From NCBI GenBank assembly GCA_020891255.1, contig BQFW01000015.1:1612001-1676000 (forward strand): a DNA stretch of 64,000 nt, in the 5' to 3' direction. Of this stretch, positions 35,451 to 48,428 are shown piece after piece. The notes under the pieces were generated by a model, which was not told where the DNA came from, searched no databases, and saw only the letters and a program-made list of their open reading frames with translations. The position numbers and the translations under genes were made by a program. The DNA is from Entomortierella parvispora E1425 (Eukaryota > Fungi > Mortierellomycota). Positions within the stretch are counted from its first letter, which is position 1. The number at the start of each line of letters is the position of its first letter.

Positions 35451-38400
35451 AAACATTGCTGGCTTGTGAATAGCACGATATCGTTCGCTCGAAAAGGGCG
35501 GGATGGACAATACACAGACAGTGGACAGAGTGAGTTTGAGCGGCCCAGGTGGTGGGAGCGTGCAGTAGACATCGTTGTGCTTGTTTGGCACCCAGACCAC
35601 ATTGGACGCATTTTTTCATTTGTTTCCCAGAAATCAAACGGACCAGTGCAACAATCCAGGGCAAACATGTTTTGTAATCTCAATAGGGCCTGACATACCC
35701 CCTAATCAGCAGGACAATGGCGCAGGAAGTTAAAAGACGTTGTTATTGTTGTTCTCCTTCAACCAAACCCCCTGTCTTTTTGATGGACGCATCATGTCCT
35801 TGCCCACTCTGCCGTGGCAAACAGGCTGAGTTGGAAAAGCAAACAGTGGATGGGCAAAACCACTAACAGCTGCGTGTACTGTCATTCATGGACCATAGCC
35901 GAGCTGCCGCACTGTTGTCTGCACGACGTCGCATACTTCGCACATGAATAGCCACTACAAATCACTACACAAGGTAATATCACTGTTCTATGGAAGACTT
36001 TAAAGCAGGCAAAGCACGATGAAGTGATTCCTAAAAAGTGATTGATCCTACTGGACTGGATCGACTTTGTTATCTTAGGAGGCTGTGAAAGATGCATGCC
36101 ACTGTGTGTTCATGAATCCAAGGTAAGCAAACTGTCTTCCTGCTTGTCCACAACCAGTGGGCTAGTGAGTAGCAGCTCTTGAAGTCTTGTGTTCTAACCG
36201 GGTATGTTGCATGTCATCTCGACCAATGGCAGAACATTGACTATCTGGTGCTACCGGTGCGATTGCGAGCTAAATCCTTTTATGGATGGCACTCTTATTT
36301 CCGCAAGCGGCAAGCATTTCTTGAAAACTGTGGTCCGATGCATGGTAGGTGTCCGAAGGTCAATGCCCGATCCGAGTCAAATCGTTATTGCTCTTCCCAC
36401 TGATACTCATATCTCGACTGGATTGTTTCTCCCTAAATAGCAAGGGAAAAAGAGCAAACAGGACGGAGACGGCGGCATTCTGGATCTGGACATGCCGGGA
36501 TTGGTTGGGCTGAAAAACCTCGGCAACACCTGTTATATGAATGCCGCTCTCCAGGCACTCTCAAACACGTAAGTGGAACGAATGTTGAACCTTGATCATG
36601 ACGGGACATACCGATCCTGACTGAGCAAGTATCTGATAACCCCTCGTTGCTTTCTATCAATAGTCCTGCGTTAACCTACTACTTTCAGAACTGCGAAGCG
36701 TTTATACCCGAAGCAAGGATGTTGGAATATGCAAGACAAAAGAACCACACATTGGTGGACAGTTTTTTCCACTTTGTACACACCATGTGGAGTGGAAAGA
36801 GGTAAGCAGATGAGATTTAATAGGACTCCCTTTTTTCCGTAATGATAATCAATGGTGCAGTGTCGATCAAACTCTGATATTCGATCTGGCACGATGATAG
36901 CGCGATACTCTCACCTGTCAACCTAGTGTCGGATGTGAAAAAGTGCAACGATATGTTTCAGGGCTCATCACAGCAGGACTCACAGGAGTTCCTACGTTGC
37001 ATCTTGGACAAGCTACATGATGAGTTGACATATCCAAGACGAGTGGAATCGCCTTCTCAAATTATACCCATCCAGGACGAAAAATTGAGCAAGATGAAGT
37101 CTGTTCAATTACCCATGTCAATTTCGACCTCTAGTGCAGGAACCTTCAAGGACAGTGGAAAGTCCAGTAGCACCACCAAAGGGACAACGAGCAGCGTTTC
37201 CTATGCCTCCTCCCGGTCATCAACGTCATCTCGATCTGCTCAATCCTCTGAAAACTCGTCTCTGACAGAAAATGCAGAAGTGACTCCTGCGAGAGCAACG
37301 GCCCCAAGCATCATCAGCGACATCTTTGAAGGCACGCTCGAAAGTCGAGTTCGGTGTCTTAGCTGCCGCAAGGAATACATCAAGGAGGACAAATTCTTCG
37401 ATTTGTCCATACCCATCGACAAAAAGAGCAAAATCATTGACGACACTCCAAACGACAAGGGCAGTAAAGACAAGGAAGGAGGTGTTTTTGGATCGCTGGC
37501 CGACTCCTTTAGCTGGCTTGGGTACGTTTTCCCTTTTTGTTTCCGAGCTAAACATGACTTTGGGAGAGCATGGTATCTAACCTTTTTTTTTTCTCTGAAA
37601 AAAATAGTATGGGCAATCGCACCATCAAGCTGCAGGATTGTCTTGCTGCCTTTTGTGCAACGGAGGAGCTAACGGGCGAGGACCGGTACAAGTGTACTCA
37701 GTGCGATGCACTCAACGACTGCCGGAAGACCTTTCGAATCACGCAACTGCCGGAGACCCTCTGCATACACTTGAAGCGATTCCGATATGACAGCTACTCT
37801 TCAAAGATCAACACGTACGTGCAGTTCCCACTTGAGGACCTAGACGTAACGCCATTTTTCAAGTCGACAGATCCAAAAGAGCTGAAAAATACGAAATACG
37901 ATCTGTACGCGATGGTCCGTCACCGTGGTGCCGTTGGAGGTAAGGAAGGACAGACTCCAAAAATGAACCAACTCTAGAGACCGTTGAGGATGCAATAATG
38001 ACTCTGTGTTAACCATGGCATCTTATCTTGGTGTAGGTGGACACTACATTGGCTATTCCAAGCACGCAGTGGACGGCTGCTGGTATGAGTTTGACGACAC
38101 GGTACGCTTTGTTGTGCAGTGACCTTTCTCTAACTACACATAACTATGCGGAGCAAAAATAATATTTGGCGGCGACTCATCCTTTCTTTTTCCGTTTTCT
38201 TTGGGCTGGATGCAATTACACTAGTACGTAACCAGGAAGGCACCAGCCGATATTGCGAAGATGGAGGCGTACATTTTGTTTTACAAACGCAGATCAAGTC
38301 ATCGAGATGAGGATCGTACAAGGATATCAAAGTATATGACCAAGCCCTTGATGCAAATCTATGACAAGGCATTGATGGTTTATATCTCTCGACTCTGGTT

Positions 38401-39744
38401 CTGTCGATGGACTTATCTCACCAACGTAAGGCAACAGGAACATTGTAAATCAGACCAAATGCTATCATCATCAAAAATAGAGTCTTTTAAACTAACGAAC
38501 TGGATTGCATATCCTGCTTCCTCCACAGCCCGGACCGATCAGCAATCACGATTTTTTATGTCCTCACGGAGGTATGTGCCTGGATCTCAAGTCTCAATTT
38601 ACCAACTTCTTGGGGTGGACACTAATCTTGAACATGGCTTGCGAATAGGTATCAATGTGGCAATAACTCGGAACGTGATGGACATGGTGATGCCGATTCC
38701 CAGAATCGCATGGGATGCCCTGGTAGAGCTTTATGGAACAGATGGAAGTCCTGTTGTCAACATTAGCGCTTTGGAGTCTGAGAGGGAGATGGTCTGCGAC
38801 ATTTGCGCCGTAAGAGGAGAAATGAGACCTCTGTTGTTTACAGTCCACATCAGTCGCTTCAATTGTTTTGTATTTCTAATCTCGACCTACGTCTCTTTTA
38901 CTCTCTATGACCATGATTTGAATCCTGTAGTTTGAAGAAGCAGAACTGGATAAGCGACGCAAACGCGAGGACCATGATGTGACCCGACTGGACTCGAGTG
39001 CGATTGCCAATGGCGAACTTTGGTACCTTATCGGCGCCGACTGGCTCAAAGAGTGGCATGCATTCAAGACGGGTGATCGTCCACCAGGTCCCATCCGCAA
39101 CTCTCAATTCCTGAAAGACAATGGCCAACCAAGAGCGGGAATGAAACGAGGTGCGTGTCTATCACAACATCAACTCTTTACAATCTCAAAAGACTGTACT
39201 CGCGAGACGGGAGTCAAATACTCACCTTTGGAGACTTCGAATGTATGAATAGGCGTGGACTACCGCGGCATCAACAAGAATGTGTGGTACTACCTCCATT
39301 CTATCTATGGCGGCGGCCCTGAATATGTCAGAGGTAAAGAGAGCAAACAGGGGTGCAAGATGAAACTTTTCTCCATCTATTTTTGTACTAACCTCATGAT
39401 ACCACATAGGCGCATTGGATTTGTATGCACCGGATCCCAAGACGATTCCTGCACCACCTTCCCCAAGCAATTCCCGCATCCAGCACTCCCATTCACACCC
39501 ACACGTGCTCACCTACAACCACAGCCACAACCACAGCCACAGCCACGGTCATGGTCACCCACAATACATGCCTGCGCCTCGCCATAACTATAACCAGCCT
39601 TTAGTCCTACCCAACTCTATCCCACAGCTATCACCCCAACATTTCCAACAGATGCCGCTGTACCCACCGAACCCTACAGGATACTACTTGAATGGTGAAA
39701 GTCGGAAAGCACCGCCCACCATGCCTGTGAGGATCTTAGGTTAA
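34226..39744 (+). CDS. USP20: Ubiquitin-specific protease, USP20/USP33-like (zf-UBP + USP + DUSP domains)
   Basis: zf-UBP assembled from MHCEH..., [39 protein letters not shown]; Cys box [21 protein letters not shown]; QQDSQEFL; His box GGHYIGY..WYEFDD; [23 protein letters not shown]. Start at 34226 or 34241. Confidence 0.9.
34445..34500. repeat. CTGACAGA-type microsatellite containing five TGACAG hexamers, inside USP intron 1
   Basis: TGACAG at 34451, 34459, 34467, 34483 and 34491. Confidence 0.9.
35418..35449. repeat. (AG)n microsatellite in USP intron 2
   Basis: About 16 AG units. Confidence 0.95.
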
Positions 39745-39982
39745 GTAGCGAGATTAGGAAGAAAAGAGAAAAAAAACCAGCAAAAAAGAAAAAAAAAAAG
39801 GTAGTCCACGGGCTTTCTTCCCTGAACTCCATAAATTTTGCGTCCTAATGCTCAATGTGGCTCCATGTTGATAAGAGTATTTGTATTGATGATACTACAT
39901 GATGATGTTGAGAGAGCGACAAAAAAAAACAGACAAGAAAGAGACAGGGACTATGGACGAGTTGAAGAAAAGTTGCTTTTTT

Positions 39983-40912
39983 TTAGATCTTGTGGGGGGC
40001 AGTGTGGAAGGGAGACCAGATACCACGGACGGATTCTGTTGTGGAGATGACAGGCTTCTTGAAGACCTTCATCCTGTTTCCTGCAGACTCCTTCAAGAGG
40101 TTGACCTTTCCAGCAATATCTGTGGGCTCCATGTTGCGTACACAAACGACCTTGTCCTTTCCGTTGACTGGGATATACAGGCAAAGGCAATATATCTCTG
40201 GTTAGAAAGATCACTCCTTTTCAAGCAACATTTTACAAAAGTTGATCGTCAGTAAGAGGCGAGGAATACATACGGTATAAGCCGCGAATAACGGGGTGCT
40301 TGGAAGGGCGTGGCGTGACAATGACCTCGACATGGGGGTGCTCCTTTGCGAACTGGATCAAATCCTTCTTGAGGTATTCACTATCACACGGTGAGGATGA
40401 AATGTGAGTGATAAGATACACAACAGTATATTCCAGTCCAGTCAAAGGTCCACAACTGATCGGTTCCTGTAATCACTCCAGAAGCATAGCCTGAATCCTA
40501 GACGACCAGACTCTTTTTCAAAGATTCCTCTGCCATGCGATGAAGTGCCATGATCAGAACAAGCGCTGTTCTGCTGTTGTTTTTTCTGGTGGCAAGTCCA
40601 TGACCGAGTCCGAGTCCGAATCACCTCCTTTCGGCTAATCCATCTTCAATCTTGCTGTTTCCTTCACATTCTGTTGTTTTCCTCCTCGAACTGATATCCG
40701 TGCTGTAGTGATTGTGTTGAGATGGGATCCTGTGTCCAAATTCTTTGGTTCCTGAGTTATTCGTCCTGTCAAGAGATCAAGGCACGATGTATTTACATCA
40801 TGCCACGGGAGCTTCCGCTGCGCTCGCAGTAGTGGAAGACGAGACGACGGCACTGGGGAATGAAGGCGCCGACGCCGTTCTTGAGCACAGGGTGAAGCAT
40901 AGGTGCAGGCAT
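39983..40912 (-). CDS. MRPL51: Mitochondrial ribosomal protein mL43 (MrpL51)
   Basis: NGVGAFIPQCRRLVFHYCERSGSSRGM|IEYL...FAKEHPHVEVIV..RPSKHPVIRGLY|LNG..KVVCVRN...STTESVRGIWSPFH; 3 exons. Confidence 0.95.
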
Positions 40913-41109
40913 TATGGGAATGTGTATGTGGGTATGAATGAATGTGAAGATGTGAATGCATCGGATGCATTGCATCCGATCAAAAGGGCACTGGTGTTTG
41001 GAGAGAAAAGCCAGTCACGCTTTTCATAGATTTTGGTTAAAAAAATTGGGAATAAAAAAAGCTTGTATTAATAAGTTTCTGGGCTGAGCCTGAGTTCCTC
41101 GCTCCTATC

Positions 41110-42731
41110 CTATGCGGACTCGTTGCACTTCATGAACCCAGCCATGGCCATCTCCTTGTCCTTGACAGTATCGCTAAAAAAGTAGTGTGTCTGGCCATTT
41201 CTCAACTGGACAAAGAAACTGTTGGGGATCAGCACCTCCAAAGAGGCATCTGCCAAGTGTGCCACCTGACCGCCCAACTTCATATCCGAGATAGGCTGAC
41301 GACCGTTCTCGTCCCTGAACAAAGACAGGACCTGGCCTCTCATAACATAGAATCGACGCTTCCAGAAGGGCGAGCCTGCGACCTGAATCGTAATATAGCC
41401 CGAGAGTCCTGATCCGCGCAACTTTTCCATCTCAATCAACTGTTTCTTCATCGCCTCGCGCGCCAGACGATCCGACTCTTCCTTGCGCTGACGCTCCAAG
41501 GCGAGCGCTTGCTTCTGGGCAAACAACTCTCGCTCACGCGCCTCACGCTCCTGGGTCTCTCTCTGTCTCTTGGCCACCTCGGCCTGCTTCTGACGCTCCA
41601 TCTCCTCTCGGACCTTTCGCTCAGCAGCCTCAATCTCAAGCTGGCGCTCGGTCCTAGGCGTCGAAAGGCCAGAGCGTGGCGATCCTGTGCGAAGAGGGCT
41701 GGACACCTCCGATTGTGGTTGAGATGGCTGGATCTGTGGTTGCATCACAGTATCGATGCTGACAGGGGCGGGGGCAGGGGCCACAGCTGGTGGGGGAGAG
41801 ACGGGAGTGGCGGGTCTAGGTGCTGGCACGGGTGCTTCTGCTGCCTGGACGGGGGTGGAAGGTGTAGCAGGAGAGCTGGGATCGGGTGTTGGGGGTCCCT
41901 CCACCAGTCCCAAACGAGCACGAACTCTGTCCTCGGTCAATTCTGCAATGCTCGAAGTGTTGATCTGGACGTTGCTAGCCTTGAACAAGGCCGCAATAGC
42001 CTTTCCATGCACAAGAGCGCGAGCACGTCGGAGACCACTGATGGCGAGAAGGCAAGAAGAGGAAGAAAAGAAAGAAGGTCGAGAGCCGTGTCGTTAGTAG
42101 CAATTATGGTCTGAAAGACGGTAACACACATTTTCTCCAAACAGGTCTTGGCCTCATATTCCACCGACCGTCCTCCTGCACTGCCGTTGCAAGCGTTCCA
42201 ACAATAACAGTGCAACAGTGCCTGAATTCACCGCCTCTTCTTTCATAGCAGACAAAAAGGAGTCAGGGCAATAAAGTGGACGTACCTGACCTGCTCCGAG
42301 ACATATGCCAGGAGAGCATAGCGATCTTCGATCCTGACAAAACCGTAAATGACCTCCTCCTTGAGGTGGGTCGTCAATTCATCGAGACCACCAGTACCCT
42401 TGGAGTAGAGGGAGATCTTGTCGCGGGTATCATGGTAACCGAGAATGAGCCTACGTGGAAAAGTGGGGAGGGGTTTTATATGAACGTTTAGTTGCCATAA
42501 ACTTTCTGATAAAAATAACCAGAGGGTTGGAGCAATAAGGAACCTGGCCACTGTCGACTCCTCGGGTCGAGTCCAATGGGAGAAAGAATGCGAGAAAAGG
42601 GCGTAGGTGTAGATGCATGCGAGTAAGCATGTCGCGAAGTGGGAAGGTTTTTTTTACCAGTTGGTAGGCGTGCCTGCGAGGATGTCCTGGTAGGCCTCGA
42701 GGATGGCGGGATCAGTAAGGTCGCAAGACAT
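41110..42731 (-). CDS. ADF-H/cofilin-like domain + Pro-rich linker + coiled coil + PH domain protein
   Basis: MSCDLTDPAILEAYQDI...NWLILGYHDTRDKISLYSKGTGGLDEL...YGFVRI...AYVSEQVSGLRRARALVH (drebrin/Abp1-type ADF-H); C-terminal LSGYITIQVAGSPFWKRRFYVMRGQVLSLF (PH). Confidence 0.85.
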
Positions 42732-43094
42732 TGTTGTTCAAGGGCTGGTATATTTTAGTGGAGAGTGAAAGAGATGGAGTGTGATGGCCGAGTCGGATGG
42801 GCTGGAAGAAAAGAAGGAATCACTAGTGCGAGAGGGAGAAGGATGCAGGGAAGGCGCGGTATGGCAGCAAGGGGGGTCCAGTACTCGGGAGGGAAGTAGG
42901 CGAAGGAGAGATGGGAGGAACGAGATGGGCGGATGAAAGAAAGAACGAAAAGAAAAAAGAGATGAAGAGAGCAGAGCGGTCGAGCCTGTCCTGTCTGCTG
43001 TCGGGTCTGCTCTCTTTTTCTTTTTTTTTTTTTTTTTTTGCTGTATTTTTACCAAAGGTGATTTTATGTGTATGGTACAGTTGTATATCGACAT

Positions 43095-45286
43095 TTATCC
43101 TTGCTTCCTCCGCTGCTCCTTCTTGAGCGCCTCTTCTCGCTCTACCATCATGGTGTAGAACGTCTTCTTGCTCGGATCGTATACTAGCTTGGATCCGGAC
43201 GACATTGACGCGCTGGACAGTCCTCGGCCAACGCCTGGTGGCCGACATCCTACTTCCACGCCGTCTCCTTCTTCAAACTCATCCTCTTCTACTTCGCCCT
43301 CCATGTCGACTGAGGCTCCGACATTCTCAAAGAACCGTCCAATCTTGTGTCGGTCCCGTCCAAGCAGAGTCACTTCGTCCTCAATGTCCATGGACTCGCC
43401 TTCTTGCTCGACATCATACTCGCTACCTTCGTCCTCATCAGCGTAGGCAAGATATGGGTTTTCATCATCAAAGGAGTCATCCTCTCCATAAAGGTCCTCT
43501 CGGTCCTCATAGCCATCATCGTCATATTCGTCAGTGCCAATGTCGTATGGTATATCGTCGTCAGAGTCGGACTCGCTGCCTTCATACTCGTCCTGATTGT
43601 AGTTGTAATGGTTGCCTTGCATGCCGCCAGGAAGACGCGCGAAAGCATCGTTCTCGATATCAGAAAGACCCTCCTGATAATCCTCCTCGTCTTCTGCGGC
43701 TCCATTCGCCGGCTGTGTGTGACCATTGTGACGCTCATACTCTTGCTGTCTGTCATAGAGATCTGCCCTTTGCTGAACTGTCAAATCTTGGACAATCCAG
43801 CCTTCACTACCACGACGGACATGGGTTGGAAATTGAGCCTGTCCGTTTCTGTGGCCACCATTGGGATGGTTACAGGGATGGGGCGAATCAGGTGTACCCA
43901 AAGAACTCGGGTTCCTGCTCCTGCCTCTAAATGGTCCCCTCATGGACGAGGTGGTGTAATCGGAAACAAAGGTTCGCTCCTGACGCTTGGAGGTCTGATA
44001 CTCTCGAGGTGGCCAGATCAACGCTGCATCCTTGTCATCCAAGACTTCAAAATCGGTTCCTGTTCCCAACATTTGTTGCGGCCACAGCCACAGCCAAATA
44101 TTGGGCCCCAGCACCTGTAGGTAATTTTTCCAGCAGCCAACGTCGTAGGGATACAATATCTGAAAAGGTTCAAGAAATAGCAATCGTTACGACTTAGTCA
44201 CCCCTCCACAAATTGATACACAAAGAGCCCAGATCAAGCTCAAACAATTATTCCCCCACCTTGCGTATCCTGCCCTTCTTGATCATGGCCTCGACTTTCT
44301 CTTGCTCCCAGGCTTCAATCGTGGAGGTGTTGCTCATCATGCTCCAGAGATGGTAGACACAGAGAGTTCCGACCGCCAAGAGAACGCCTCCATCCACAAG
44401 AATGTTGACGACCATGAAAATGACCTGGACTTTGGAAGGGCCATCTGTCCGATACTAAAAGAGGATGCGGTTTAGAAAAGGTTGGGCATTACACAACATT
44501 GCTTGTTGCTAATAAAAAAAACCATGGACGAAAGGACTAGCATCCTGTATTTACCATGTAATATGTCTCGTTCTTGATCCCGTCCATGACTCTCCAGACC
44601 AGAAGAACCATACAGAACAAGGTAGTGATTGTGACCCAGCAGACGAAACGGACGAAATGACCATAGTTGAAGTGGCCCACGCAATTGTTGATCCAGGGAC
44701 AGTGGTGATCCATCCTGAGAACGCATTTTTTGCAGATTCGGCAATGATGTGATCGGGGCGGCTTGAATCCTTCACAGTTTTTACAGTATCGTGGCAGTGG
44801 CTTCTTTTTCTCTTTTTGCTCTGCTGCTGCAATGGCGGTCCCATTGGATCGATCCTTGAGTCCTGTTAGTCGAGAGTCATTGACATCCAATGCTGTGGTT
44901 GCAGCTTGTGATGATGATGACAAAGACTCTTCAGTCTTGCTTTTGGGGTCCTATTAAGCCAATTTATAGATTTATCCATTAGACGCGCGGACGGGTATAA
45001 AAATAGCCCTGTCAGACACAGAGCACAGACAGCTGCAGGAACAGTGGAACAATGACGGTACCCCCCATCCTGGAGGTGGTGAGCCAGGTTCGGTAGTGCA
45101 TGCAAGGTAGTAGTGCCAGTAAATAAATGCGACGCCGAGGTTGAATGGGCCCAGGACCTGGAGCATGCGAGTGGTGGAGATTGTGGACAACCATGGCACA
45201 AAGACGAAGACCTGGCTGGTGATGGCGATGTAAGCAATCAGCAGGGTTACACCTGCGACGATGTACCTGCTCCCTGTGAAGAGCAT
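43095..45286 (-). CDS. PFA4: DHHC palmitoyltransferase Pfa4-like, with a long acidic C-terminal tail
   Basis: TM1-2, [58 protein letters not shown] (TTxE), [16 protein letters not shown]; 4 exons. Confidence 0.92.
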
Positions 45287-45704
45287 GACTCTGCGAGGAA
45301 GAGAAGGAGCGGGCGGAGAACGAGAGAACGAGAGAATGAGAGGAAGAGAGAAAGAGAGAAGGGTAGGTAAGGGTGCCAGAAGAGAAGGAAAGCATGCATG
45401 CATTTGGCCACCAGGAACAAAGAACGGCAGAGATCACGTGCACACTTCCTGTTCCCCTCTGCACATCCATCCCGTTCCCCCACAGCCCAAAGCTTCCTTC
45501 TGTTCTTTTGTTCTTTCTGCGATTATTCCTCTCCTTCCTCTGCATCCATCTCTTCTCTCCCCTCTTTTCGCATTGGTCCTTTTTCCGGTTGCCTGTCTGT
45601 CTGTTTGTCTGTCTCTCTGTCCGTCTCTCTGTCTGGACTCATCCTGCTCAACAAACCTCGACTCGGAACAGGAACAGAAACAGTCATAAGAACATCTCCA
45701 AACC

Positions 45705-48428
45705 ATGGCCACCGACTCAAGCGCCATCCCTTCCAAGGGCGACTCGCATTCCACCACTGTATCGCCTGCATTAGACTCTGCAGCGAAAACTGCTCTTCCC
45801 TCATCTTCTGCAACTACAGTTTCCTCCCCAGATGGAGTCAATCCCTCCTTTCGACCCTCCCCTACTGCCGAGGAAGACTTTGCAGGTATGGGCCCAACTG
45901 TTCACTCGGATCATGCTGACCACACCGCATGGACTGGCGAGGGCCCTGACACTGCCGTTTCACTTTGCTGTACTTTACTGACCACCTCGGTCCATCCCTT
46001 ATAGACATTACTATATTTCAGGCCGCACAAATGGGAAAGCTGGATATCATTGCTCGCCTCGTCGATGCTGACCCGAAGCTGGTCAAGAGCAGGGACTTTC
46101 AGGACGTGACCGCCCTGCACTGGGCGGCCATCAACAACCAGATCCCGGTCGCAAAGTGTCTGCTGGATCATGGTGCAGAAGTCGATGCGATCGGAGGCGA
46201 GCTCATTGCAACTCCACTGCACTGGTGCGCAAGGTAAGAATACCATGTCACTTCGCCCTTTCTATGCGTAGACGATCGTCCTCTCCTCGTCCGACTCACC
46301 TTGTCCTGGATTGCCTTCTCTGTATAGGAATGGCCATTTAAACATGACGAAACTGCTGTTGAAACACGGAGCCGATCCGATGTTGCAGGATTCTCAGGGA
46401 TTCAACGCGTTGCATTTGGCAACCCATTCCTCCAACGCCATGCTGGTTCTGTATTTGATCATGGCAGGGGATATGGCTGTCGATACGGTTGATACGCTGG
46501 GACATACCAGTCTCATGTGGGCAGCCTACCAAGGCGACAGTCTCAGCGTAGATTTGCTTCTTAAATATGGCGCACGTGTAGACACCAAGGATCGAGAAGG
46601 ATTCACGCCATTGCACTGGGCTGTCGTCAAAGGAAACAGGGACTGCCTCTCAAAGATCTTGAAGGCAGGTGGCGACGTCAAGGCTGGAGACAAGTCAGGC
46701 AAGACCCCAGTGGATATGATCAAGGAACTCAAGGGAACCACGATATGGCAAAGGGCATTGAGCGACGCAAAACTCTCAGACGATGGTCAGTCTCGGAGAA
46801 GTCGCTTTGAGAAGGTATACCTGCACTTCTGGAATAGAGGCTCTTTTCTAGTCTGTCGATTGGATACCATACCATATTTTTGGCCCATTAACTAACAATA
46901 TGTGGCTCCATTGAACTTGACAAAACTCTAGAAAACGACCAATACCATCATCTACTTTATACCCTATGTGACATTGTTCTTTACCTTGGAGCTCATGGTC
47001 CTGTTTCCTTGGTACATTGCTCTTCCTCTGGCTGTGGGTCAATTCCTTGTGGGTCACATTGGATCCGTCAAGTTTTTGCTCCGAACAAAAACCCCCAATG
47101 ATATGTTGCAGACGCCCTACTACACGGCCGTTTTTCAAGCCAGCGCATTCTGGATTGGAGTTATCTGGATCCACCGCATTGTTTTGAGTAAGCTTTTATT
47201 TCTGAACTTTGGGTAACTCAGCTAAATGAGTCTTGACATGTAGTGATTTCTGACTCGTATTGTTCAATGGCTGTAGACACATCACACCTGTTGTGGCTGA
47301 ACTTGGGATTCATTGCTACGTATGTGACCGCATTGTATTTCTTCTATGGTGCTGTTATGGCCGACCCTGGCTGGATCAAAAGCAACACATCGATCGAAGA
47401 ACAAAAGGCCTCAGTTCTCCAGATGGCGGACCGAGGACTGCTTGATGTCCGTCATTTCTGCGCAAGTTGCGTCACTCAGAGACCATTGCGTTCCAAGCAC
47501 TGCAAGTTTTGCAACCGCTGTGTGGCCAAATTTGACCATCATTGCCCATGGATTTTCAACTGTATTGGAGCCAATAATCATCGGGCGTTCATGATTTTCC
47601 TTGTCCTATTCATCCTGTGTGTACCCATGTACGCCTATCTGTCCTTTGAATGTGAGTATCCTCTCCCTAACGTTTTCTATTGTGGACCGTTTTAACTGCT
47701 CAGACAAATAACTAAAACGTGTTGCTCCGACATTAGATCTCTCCATTGTCTCCCCCAAGTATGAACCAGTACCTTCCAACCCATGCCTGCTTGGAGAGAC
47801 CATGTGTAGCTACTTTCAGTATGATGCATTTGCCACTATGCTCGCCATTTGGTCGATACTCCAGATGACCTGGCCAGGATTACTCTTTGTCGTACAGCTT
47901 TATCAAGTCGGACAGGCCAAGACTACAAACGAGGCCATGAGCCATCAGCGGTATAACACTGTGGGTCGTGGACTCAGCATTCGCCAACGTATTTTGCGCT
48001 CGTTGAGTGAAATTGACTCGGAGATGGCAGGAGCAGGACACCCATTGCAGGAGGAGAGCATCAATCTGTTGGAGGCTGGTGGAGGAGACGACGATTCGAC
48101 GCTTATTGACAGAGAGGATGAATTCAAAGCAGATAGTGGTGACCACCATGGACATGGTCATGGGCACGGTCATGGCCATCGTCGAGGAGGTGGAGGCGGC
48201 ATGTGGGGTCTCTTGGTTGGCACTGCTCGGGGACGGAGGCAGCACGGGGATGAGCCCGAATCAACGAACCCATTCGATTTTGGATTCTTGCAGAACTGCG
48301 TGGGCTTTTGGACTCAGGGTCGACGAGGTCCCATGAGAGGCGTGAATTGGTACGCGTTCTATGAAGTAGAGCCTACACGGACGGTCATGTCGTCTTCGTC
48401 TCCTGCATCATCTCGCAGGATGCACTGA
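45705..48428 (+). CDS. AKR1: Ankyrin-repeat DHHC palmitoyltransferase Akr1/ZDHHC17-like
   Basis: Ankyrin repeats ([41 protein letters not shown]); TM segments; [32 protein letters not shown]; TTNE; NPFDFG. Confidence 0.95.

Noticed and set aside
35717-35866. Short Cys-rich ORF ([12 protein letters not shown]...CPLC) as the USP first exon
   Set aside because: It lies inside intron 2; the true zf-UBP ligands (C-x-H, CxxC, LWxCL) come from exons at 34241 and 35281.
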